32,000 nt of DNA from Halomicronema hongdechloris C2206 (GCF_002075285.3 NZ_CP021983.2:1260001-1292000); one strand, 5' to 3'. Shown: positions 11,997 to 18,617, numbered from the stretch's first letter. Notes: a model not told the origin generated them from the letters alone. Numbers and translations: made by a program.

Positions 11997-12352
11997 CTAT
12001 GCCGGATACGGTAAGCCAGCGTGGTGGCCTGGTCAATTGGTGCCAAGTCAGCTTGGTCAATTAGTCAAAGGCTTTGAGTATCACCTGGGTAAAATATTCA
12101 AGAGTCTTAAGTCAATAATCCGGAAAGTTTTAGCACCGAAGCTGTAAGGCTTACAGGGCAGGCACTCTAAAAATTGCCTATTTAAACCAATATCAGCTTT
12201 CGGGCTAACTTGGATCTAAATAGCTCGAACTACGTAGGCTCTGGCTTACAGCCAATGGAGAGGGCAGAATTTTGTCCGGAGTATTGTTAAGTTCAATCCT
12301 GATGCGTCTTTTCAGAATAGAATGATCAATCAGTCTATGAGCGATTAGTAAT

Positions 12353-13015
12353 ATGTCTAAGTCAAATAAGGTTCTTATTATTGGCGCTTCTGTAGCGCTT
12401 GGAGTTATTGCTGTTGTTGCCTTAGGTGTTGGTTGGATGCAGTTTGTCTCGTTTAGGAACGAGCAAGCGGAAAGAGCAGAAGCTGAGGAGCGAGAAGCCC
12501 GTCAGGAGGCGCTTAATGCTATATCAGCAGAGTGTCGAGATTTAAGGAGAATTGTGAATCAGACAGGAGATTTTATGCAAGAGTTTGAAGCTGAGATTCA
12601 AGTCTTTAGTGACAATGCTTCTCAAGTTGAAACACTTCAAGATATTAAGTCTGCTGCGACTGAATATACGGATGCAGTCGATACGGTAGTTGTCAGGCTG
12701 GATGGATTAACAAGTGAATTAGAGTCAAAAACTTATCAAGATGAGACTCTAAAAGGTTTTCAATCTGAATATACCAAAGTAGTTAAAGGTTTTAGAACTT
12801 CTTTGCTTGAGGCCGGTCAGGCAATGAATATCATTATCTCAACTCCATCAGAGGCAGAACTTCCAAGTAGGATAGATAAGTCTCAAGAGCAAACAATGGC
12901 AGCCGTATCTTCGATAGAGGAGCTTTCTAATACCGAAGACAAACTAATATCTGATGTGAACGCTTACTGCGAAGAAACTAATATAGAAAGAAACGAATTA
13001 CAAACTACTAATTAA
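12353..13015 (+). CDS. membrane-anchored coiled-coil protein, unknown function
   Basis: N-terminal TM helix (VLIIGASVALGVIAVVALGVGW) then a charged helical region. AT-rich codon usage unlike its surroundings. Confidence 0.6.
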   Translation: MSKSNKVLIIGASVALGVIAVVALGVGWMQFVSFRNEQAERAEAEEREARQEALNAISAECRDLRRIVNQTGDFMQEFEAEIQVFSDNASQVETLQDIKSAATEYTDAVDTVVVRLDGLTSELESKTYQDETLKGFQSEYTKVVKGFRTSLLEAGQAMNIIISTPSEAELPSRIDKSQEQTMAAVSSIEELSNTEDKLISDVNAYCEETNIERNELQTTN

Positions 13016-13440
13016 GCTACCAAGTGGAGGCCGCTGGAGTCCTGAGGATTGGCCTTGAGGTAATTAGAGGTAACCGCCAGAGATGAGTGTCCTAAGGTCT
13101 GTTTTACCAAGTCAAGATCAGTGGACTTGGCCAGCGCCTCCAGCTCCACCTGGCTCCTGAGAAAGGCGGCATATTCATCCACCGCGCCAGTATCACCCGG
13201 TGATAGGCCGATGTCTCCCTGATACTGGAGCTGCAGAAATGAGCGGTAGTGGCTAAGGTCACGGCCATAAGCCGCGCGCGTGTTGGCTGAGTTCTTTCCC
13301 TTGTAGTCCAGGAACTCAGCCACCAGCTCATCTTCACTCCACAGCTGAGAGCGGTCTATGGTTGCCATCGCAGTGGCGATCCTCATGGCCTCACTGAATA
13401 CCTCAGGATCGAAAACAGTTGTATTGGCTAAACTGGTCAT
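13012..13440 (-). pseudogene. internally deleted tyrosine recombinase remnant
   Basis: The N-terminal core-binding/SAM-like motif (NTRAAYGRDLSHYRSFL) is joined directly to the extreme C-terminal motif (LVKQTLGHSSLAVTSNYL, His plus catalytic Tyr). The segment that should hold the Arg/His-x-x-Arg catalytic residues is absent. Confidence 0.65.
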
Positions 13441-13575
13441 GGATTAAACCTCATATAGCAAGCCTAACCGAATTTAGAATGAGAATCGCTTACAAAGCCT
13501 ATAGTCTATGGAATGCTGTTCGAAATTCAACTGTGATTGCTATAGCCCACGTCAGGAGCCTCTCACCTTTCCCTG

Positions 13576-14388
13576 GTGTGGGCTAATATGTTGAGCGGAA
13601 CTATCGGCATAATCATTATCATGAAGTCCCCTAAACTTTTGATTGCCAGTTGCTCTCTATTGATGCTGGCTTTAACTTCTTGTGGTCTCGTCCCTTTTAG
13701 TAAAACCTCTTCATCTCAGGAAACACCAGCAGCTGTTGCAGAAGAGGCATCAAGTGATGAAGATCAGCCAATAGACGATTCCTTTGGAGAAGCTGTCAAT
13801 ACAGCTATGGCAGCCGCAGAAGCCGCGCAAACTGCGCAAACTGCTGATGAATGGGGCAATGTGGCCGAGCTGTGGACCAAAGCGATTGAGCTGATGAAGG
13901 CTGTTCCAGAGTCGAGCGAGAATTATCAGACGGCTCAGCAGAAGGTTGAAGAATATCAGAGAAACGTAGATTACGCAGCAGATGCTGCTTTCGCTGAGAA
14001 AAAAGTCTCTTCAAAATACAGTGAAATTCACCGCTTTTATGGCCAGCCGTTGATGAACGTTGCAGAGAACTTTGGGGCTTCACTTGCTCAGAGTGGTGAC
14101 CGCTTCACCAGTGAGGATGAAACAGCCGAGTTTTATGCAGAAAGTAGCAATGGTGAATCGATTAGTTATGTCGAAGTAGGTGTAAAGTCACTCGGCCCAT
14201 GTCAACCCAATGAAGCTATTGGACTTAGTAAGACGATAATGGCTCTCGGTGACGTACCTTCCACAAACAAAGTCCGGGAAACGGAATCATCAGGGTATGT
14301 AACTTATCGGGTAGAAGGTTTAACGGTCAAAACCTCATGTTTGTATGATGGCGACTGGTACACAATAAGTGTGTCAGCTGATGATTAA
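13576..14388 (+). CDS. lipoprotein, unknown function
   Basis: Probable start is 13621 (MKSPKLLIASCSLLMLALTSCG, a lipobox LTSC). AT-rich. Contains a W..A...W..AI.LM..VP..S..Y..AQ.KV..Y helical motif. Confidence 0.65.
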   Translation: MWANMLSGTIGIIIIMKSPKLLIASCSLLMLALTSCGLVPFSKTSSSQETPAAVAEEASSDEDQPIDDSFGEAVNTAMAAAEAAQTAQTADEWGNVAELWTKAIELMKAVPESSENYQTAQQKVEEYQRNVDYAADAAFAEKKVSSKYSEIHRFYGQPLMNVAENFGASLAQSGDRFTSEDETAEFYAESSNGESISYVEVGVKSLGPCQPNEAIGLSKTIMALGDVPSTNKVRETESSGYVTYRVEGLTVKTSCLYDGDWYTISVSADD

Positions 14389-14715
14389 GGCTTAACGGTT
14401 CTATGGGTGCGGTCATGACCAGCGGCAACCGTCTGCACTTTGGTGTCTTGCCGCCCCCTGGTAAGGCGGTGCTCTAGATAGCCCAGCCCTGTTCCTCTGA
14501 ACGCACGGCTAAAGCGCCTCCATCCAGCAAGACACCACTAAACAAAGCTGAGATAGATGCGTGGGAGAGGGCATACGGGCAATAGACGTTAGTTCATCTG
14601 GGTTGAGAGCTACATCTTGCCAATATGAAAGCCCTTATAAAGATTTTGTGAGCATCATGGCAACTTCTCTGGCTTCAATAAAGAGTTAGGTAGGCTTGTA
14701 AAAGCTTGTATTCTT

Positions 14716-15279
14716 TTGAAGTCTGTTCTAATGAAATCTTCGATTATCCCAGCCTCTCTCTTTTTGACTGTTGCCGTTATAGGATCTTCCGCGCCTGGGA
14801 TTGCCCAAGTTTGTTATGAGGATGGGAGTGGCAACGTAGTTGATTTAGGGGGGCTTTGCGATAGTTATGAAGACCGCAGCAGCTCTTCTAGCCAGGCACC
14901 TGAGCCTTCATCTAATAGCGCTCCATACGGGAATAGCTTTGTATATGATTCATCTCAAACACCTTTCCCGTCGTATCTGTTTGATAGCGATTTAGATAAC
15001 GAGGATGCTCATCAAACAGACCAGGTGAGCTATGGGAATAGCGCGCTATTTGTTTATGAAAATCGGTACATAGAAGATTTCTCGCAGTGGCCTTATACAG
15101 CCAGTGCTACCAATCATGCTGAATGGAGCTATATAGACTGTAGGACAGGCTGGAGAGGTCTTAAGTCTTCCCCTATGGCTGGTACATCACGGACGTTCTT
15201 TATCCCCCCAAGCCAGACAGAACGGCCTGATCTCTATCGCAATATTTGTAGAGAGGCAGGGCTATCCCCTCAGTTTTGA
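14716..15279 (+). CDS. secreted protein, unknown function
   Basis: Signal peptide (probable start 14731, MKSSIIPASLFLTVAVIGSSAPGIAQV). Ser-rich linker. Several Cys. No recognisable domain. Confidence 0.55.
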   Translation: MKSVLMKSSIIPASLFLTVAVIGSSAPGIAQVCYEDGSGNVVDLGGLCDSYEDRSSSSSQAPEPSSNSAPYGNSFVYDSSQTPFPSYLFDSDLDNEDAHQTDQVSYGNSALFVYENRYIEDFSQWPYTASATNHAEWSYIDCRTGWRGLKSSPMAGTSRTFFIPPSQTERPDLYRNICREAGLSPQF

Positions 15280-15320
15280 AAAATCGCATCAGCTAGGGCG
15301 CGGCTAACCATCGTCGTTGT

Positions 15321-15572
15321 TCAGGCGGCGACGCTCGACTTTCCCAAGCGGCGATCCAGATCCTTCACCTGCTCCGACAGCGCTGCGATCGCATCGGCCA
15401 GCGTTTCACCCTGGCTCTCAACCAGCCCGTCGAGCTTGCCATCGAGATAGTCGTAGACCAGTGACTTAAGGACGGCAGAGGCGTTGCTATTGCGACTCTT
15501 GGCCCGTGCCTTGAACTGGTGCCAGGTGTCCTTATCAATCTTAAATGTCGCCAGAATGGTCTCATCAGCCAT
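15321..15572 (-). CDS. ribbon-helix-helix (CopG/Arc/MetJ-type) protein
   Basis: ILATFKIDKDTWHQFKARAKSRNSNASAVLKSLVYDYL fits the beta-strand/helix/helix RHH pattern. Lies immediately downstream of the recombinase gene. Confidence 0.7.
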   Translation of the reverse strand: MADETILATFKIDKDTWHQFKARAKSRNSNASAVLKSLVYDYLDGKLDGLVESQGETLADAIAALSEQVKDLDRRLGKSSVAA

Positions 15573-15582
15573 GGCTGTCGCC

Positions 15583-15610
15583 TCTATACTGCGTCTAGGC
15601 CAAGTATAGA
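15583..15610. promoter_or_regulatory. 28-bp palindromic site TCTATAC-N14-GTATAGA with central TCTAGG
   Basis: TCTATACTGCGTCTAGGCCAAGTATAGA. Same architecture and length as the site at 16381-16408. Lies between the recombinase stop and the RHH start. Confidence 0.6.
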
Positions 15611-15612
15611 CA

Positions 15613-16311
15613 TTAAGACCAGAGCCCCTTAAACTGGGTGGGACTCATGGCGGTGTAGTGGGCCGTATGGCGGATGTTGGCGTGGCCCAGCCAGGCTTGG
15701 ATTGTGCGGGTATCGACGCCCTTATTCGCCAGGTAATAGCCGCAGCTATGGCGAAGCATGTGGGCATGGATGGGAAAACGGAATAGACCCTTGCCGGTGC
15801 GCTTGATCATGGCTGAAATCGCACTGCTGGCCAGGGGAGCCCCGGTGCTGCTGCAGAATATAAAAGGACTGTCGGCGTTTTCCCGTTCCAGCCGTCGCAG
15901 CCCCCTCAGCTCATCCCCCTCTAGGTAATGGGTGGAGTCGTGAGAGCCCTTGAGCCGACGGATCAAGATAGTGCCCTGCTGAAAATCCACATCAGCCCAG
16001 CGCAGATCGGCTATTTCTGAGACCCTGAGCCCGTGCCGATAGCCCATCAGCACAATCATGTGGTTGCGGTGACCGTTGCGGGCCGTGCGCTTAGCCGCCG
16101 TCAACAGCTGGTCTATTTCAGCCGGGGTCAGATACTCGCGCGTCCGCCCCGTCGCCTCGTGGCCTTTGTTAGGACTGGTGCCTGCCTTGGCCAACCGAGG
16201 GCGGACACCAGGGAAGGGCAGCACTGAGCCCTTTTGTTCAACTTTCGGTTCTTGGGCGTCTAGATTCATGGTGGCTCGATCTCCTGTCGCAGCGATACTG
16301 GGCGGGGCCAT
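15613..16311 (-). CDS. small tyrosine recombinase (FimB/FimE-like size, catalytic domain only)
   Basis: Catalytic signature present: GLRVSEIADLRWADV (Arg), HAHMLRHSCGYYL (His-x-x-Arg), WLGHANIRHTAHYT (His...Tyr). No separate arm-binding domain. Confidence 0.85.
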   Translation of the reverse strand: MAPPSIAATGDRATMNLDAQEPKVEQKGSVLPFPGVRPRLAKAGTSPNKGHEATGRTREYLTPAEIDQLLTAAKRTARNGHRNHMIVLMGYRHGLRVSEIADLRWADVDFQQGTILIRRLKGSHDSTHYLEGDELRGLRRLERENADSPFIFCSSTGAPLASSAISAMIKRTGKGLFRFPIHAHMLRHSCGYYLANKGVDTRTIQAWLGHANIRHTAHYTAMSPTQFKGLWS

Positions 16312-16380
16312 TTGTTCAACTTTTGGGTCAGAAGTTAAACAAAACCTCTATACCTAATCTAGACGCCCTGAGCTTATATG

Positions 16381-16408
16381 TCTATACAATTTCTAGAATC
16401 TGTATAGA
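16381..16408. promoter_or_regulatory. 28-bp palindromic site TCTATACA-N12-TGTATAGA with central TCTAGA
   Basis: TCTATACAATTTCTAGAATCTGTATAGA upstream of the recombinase gene. An extra half-site-like CCTCTATACCTAATCTAGACG lies at 16345-16365, and CCTCTATAC also precedes the 15583 site. Confidence 0.6.
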
Positions 16409-16421
16409 TAATTTGTCTAGA

Positions 16422-17468
16422 CTAGGGCTCAGCGCCGATAATCATGGGTTTGATCCAGATCAGCCTTCGCGACCTGCGACCGGCCCCGACCGGCTGATTT
16501 CGCCAATGCCCCCGTCGCCAATGCTCCCGCTTCCCACTTCCGCCACCCGCGCGCTTGCCCTCGCGGGGGGAACGAAGCTCCGATTTGGGCATGGATATAA
16601 CACGCGGCTGCCAATAGCGAGTCTGAGATCTCCTTGGTGGATTGCCTTTGGGCGTTGCTGGGGGATTCCCCTCCCCCGATATCAGTGAGGGCTGGTAGCT
16701 AGCGATTAGCAGTAGCTGCAACAGGATATTACGCACATGGTGCGTGAATTCGAGGTCTGCCCCGGTTAGCTCACTTGTGCCAAGGGTCGGAGGCCCTTGG
16801 ATGAGCGAGCCATCATTAGCGATGTCGAAGCCGCTAAACAGGGTACTGCAACGGGTATCCAGGGTGCTCCATTGCCAGTTGTACCGATAGTCGTTTTGGT
16901 GGGGGAGCCACGGGAAACGATAGGTGTTGCCCGCTAACTCATACTCACCCTGACTTAGTTCGGGATGTTCGCGATCCGATATATGCACCACTGCCCAGTC
17001 CACGCATCCTCCATCTGGGGCAATAAGGGCGTTGCTAGGCAGCAGAAATAGGGCTGTGCGAATAGGCGGTTCATTCAAGCCCGCCAGTAGTTTGTTGTCA
17101 GCGGCGAAATCAATGTCTGTATGCTCGCAGGCCCGTAACACTGCCGTGCGTACCAGATACAGAGGGGCATTCTGAGATAGCCACAAACCGCATCGATGCC
17201 CATGCAGGAGGGTGGCGCGATCTACTCCCTCCACCGCATTGATGAGTACTGCCATTGCAGTGCATAGCTCATCCCACCGCGCAAACCCTTTGGGAATCCG
17301 GTAGGGGCGACATTGCTTAATGGCGGCTGCCACTGTGCCGTATTTGCTAGTTAGCGCTTTTGCGGCTTGCGATCGCGAGTGCCATACATCCATCTTTGAC
17401 GCTCTCCGTGTATAGCTGGAGACCCCCGTGCGGGGGCAATAAAGGGGGTGGGAGAATCTCCCAGTCAA
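16422..17468 (-). CDS. orphan protein with Arg/Gly/Trp-rich basic C-terminal tail
   Basis: The probable start is MDVWHS at 17393 (GGAGAG about 9 nt upstream). C-terminus reads ...GKREHWRRGHWRNQPVGAGRRSRRLIWIKPMIIG. No family recognised. Confidence 0.6.
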   Translation of the reverse strand: MTGRFSHPLYCPRTGVSSYTRRASKMDVWHSRSQAAKALTSKYGTVAAAIKQCRPYRIPKGFARWDELCTAMAVLINAVEGVDRATLLHGHRCGLWLSQNAPLYLVRTAVLRACEHTDIDFAADNKLLAGLNEPPIRTALFLLPSNALIAPDGGCVDWAVVHISDREHPELSQGEYELAGNTYRFPWLPHQNDYRYNWQWSTLDTRCSTLFSGFDIANDGSLIQGPPTLGTSELTGADLEFTHHVRNILLQLLLIASYQPSLISGEGNPPATPKGNPPRRSQTRYWQPRVISMPKSELRSPREGKRAGGGSGKREHWRRGHWRNQPVGAGRRSRRLIWIKPMIIGAEP

Positions 17469-17627
17469 TCTCGCAAAGTCACTCCCCCCCGCAGGTCGGG
17501 GGCGGGCAAGTCATGAGCAAGCCTGGGGCAAGTCAGGTCCACTCCCCCCCGCAGGTCGGGGGCGGGGGCGCAGTACGGGCTCAACACAGGCTCACAAAAC
17601 ACACTCCCCCCGCAGGTCGGGGGCGGG
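17420..17627. repeat. CRISPR-like mini-array / GC-hairpin repeat array (3 conserved + 1 degenerate repeat)
   Basis: CACTCCCCCC(C)GCAGGTCGGGGGCGGG at 17480-17506, 17540-17566 and 17602-17627. Degenerate hairpin CCCCCGTGCGGGGG at 17422-17437. Period 58-62 bp. The intervening ~33-42 bp segments are mutually unrelated. No cas genes in the window. Confidence 0.5.
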
Positions 17628-17666
17628 GGTTAGGTCCGCGATATTGCGGATATTGCGGACCTAACC
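17628..17666 (-). terminator. strong hairpin (12-bp perfect stem, 15-nt loop) after the long operon
   Basis: GGTTAGGTCCGC-GATATTGCGGATATT-GCGGACCTAACC, 13 nt beyond the stop of the 81-aa gene. No clear U-tract, so the terminator role is inferred. Confidence 0.45.
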
Positions 17667-17678
17667 AAGAATGGTTAG

Positions 17679-17924
17679 TCACCACTCCATCAGGGTGCCG
17701 ATCACGTTGCCACCCCAGCCCTGCTGGCCAGGCGCGCGGCTGAGCAGCGTTATAACGCCGTTGCCATCAACGTGGGTATCGGTAATCTTCTGCCCGCCGA
17801 ACCAATAATCAGCGGCCATCTGCAACGCCTGCTTATAGCTAGGAGCTTCAAAAGTGCGTCGCCAGTCGATATCGTCCGGTAGGTTGTGGGTACGTCGCGC
17901 GAATGTGTAGCTAGTAGTTGTCAT
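17679..17924 (-). CDS. hypothetical protein (81 aa), last gene of the long operon
   Basis: ATG-initiated ORF 12 nt downstream of the GIY-YIG gene. No domain recognised. Confidence 0.5.
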   Translation of the reverse strand: MTTTSYTFARRTHNLPDDIDWRRTFEAPSYKQALQMAADYWFGGQKITDTHVDGNGVITLLSRAPGQQGWGGNVIGTLMEW

Positions 17925-17936
17925 TGTCTATGTCTA

Positions 17937-18251
17937 TTACTCCATTACGCCCCGGTGTTTACCCGGGTCAGCGGTCTGCAGCTTGCAGCACCAACAGAGC
18001 CGTGGTGCGTTCTTTTGTGCCTTCAGTGCTCGCTCAAAATCCCTCCCCATATTTGGCCAGGTGCAGACGACATCGAACTCAATACCGCGCTCATGAGCCA
18101 CAGCACAGAAGCGACTCCCTCGCCCCTTACGGTGTTGTTTAATCCGCTTGTCGATGTCAGTTGCGTAGCCGATATAATGCCTCGCTCGATTCGGTGTGGA
18201 AGGATCGAGCGGCTGCCTGAAGTGCAACAGGTAACAGCCCCTCATCATCAA
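17937..18251 (-). CDS. GIY-YIG domain nuclease-like protein
   Basis: CYLLHF...ARHYIGYATDIDKRIKQHRKGRGSRF...ERGIEFDVV...FERALK... fits the GIY...YIG...R...E layout. C-terminal CWCC. The start ATG overlaps the stop of the upstream micro-ORF. Confidence 0.65.
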   Translation of the reverse strand: MMMRGCYLLHFRQPLDPSTPNRARHYIGYATDIDKRIKQHRKGRGSRFCAVAHERGIEFDVVCTWPNMGRDFERALKAQKNAPRLCWCCKLQTADPGKHRGVME

Positions 18252-18424
18252 AATTCCCCTCCATCGGCACGGCCAAAGGCAAACGCCTGGTTGACGTGCT
18301 GCTGCCCTGGGGATGGCTGATCCAACTGCCAGAGCCGGTTAATGACGGCTATCCGATAGGCAGAGTCACTGTCGATGCGGCCCCACTGCAGTCGGTTGGC
18401 TTGGCGAATGTCGGTTAGGTGCAT
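18248..18424 (-). CDS. micro-ORF (58 aa), below ORF-track cutoff
   Basis: Hand translation: MHLTDIRQANRLQWGRIDSDSAYRIAVINRLWQLDQPSPGQQHVNQAFAFGRADGGEF*. Its TGA overlaps the ATG codons of the GIY-YIG gene. Confidence 0.45.
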   Translation of the reverse strand: MHLTDIRQANRLQWGRIDSDSAYRIAVINRLWQLDQPSPGQQHVNQAFAFGRADGGEF

Positions 18425-18440
18425 GAGTGGAGTCCTTTAG

Positions 18441-18617
18441 TCAAAACTGGGGGGCGCTCATCTGCAGCAAACTAGGCGCTTCAGCCTCGAAGTTTGAGAT
18501 CGCAGCTCCCCGCGTTGGGTGACCGTCTTCGCTGCAGAAGTCCTCGGTCTCCCAGTGCCAACCGTGGCCGGGAATCTCGTAGACCTGCAGCTGGTCTCTC
18601 AGTTCATCGATCGTCAT
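18441..18617 (-). CDS. micro-ORF (58 aa), below ORF-track cutoff
   Basis: Hand translation: MTIDELRDQLQVYEIPGHGWHWETEDFCSEDGHPTRGAAISNFEAEAPSLLQMSAPQF*. Its ATG overlaps the last 14 nt of the hydrolase gene. Confidence 0.45.
   Translation of the reverse strand: MTIDELRDQLQVYEIPGHGWHWETEDFCSEDGHPTRGAAISNFEAEAPSLLQMSAPQF

Noticed and set aside
11474-12147. Track ORFs 11474..11656, 11580..11909 and 11626..12147 overlapping the ParA-like gene.
   Set aside because: They are alternative-frame or antisense shadows of a gene with clear Walker A/B motifs. I also considered a C-terminal frameshift in the ParA-like gene. The alternative frames do not give a more ParA-like C-terminus, so none is called.
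14442-14536. 10-bp inverted repeat GGTGTCTTGC / GCAAGACACC enclosing about 75 bp in a GC-richer non-coding patch of the AT-rich insert (possible MITE remnant or small structured RNA).
   Set aside because: It is a single short inverted repeat with no target-site duplication, promoter or terminator that I can see, and it could arise by chance. Noted only.
16323-16688. Track ORF 16323..16688 (+) spanning the palindromic site and the 3' end of the 348-aa gene.
   Set aside because: It is antisense to the 348-aa gene, begins in the regulatory palindrome region and has a Pro/Ser/Arg-rich translation. It is considered spurious.
17420-17627. Calling the repeat array a bona fide CRISPR locus.
   Set aside because: There are only 3 good repeats plus one degenerate, no cas genes in 32 kb, and the repeat family is not one I can recognise. 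It is kept as 'CRISPR-like repeat' pending genome-wide repeat and spacer searches.
17360-17743. Track ORF 17360..17743 (127 aa) with repeated HSPPQVGGG peptides.
   Set aside because: It is simply the translation of the hairpin-repeat array. The repeat periodicity and unique spacers argue for a nucleic-acid-level element, not a coding repeat.
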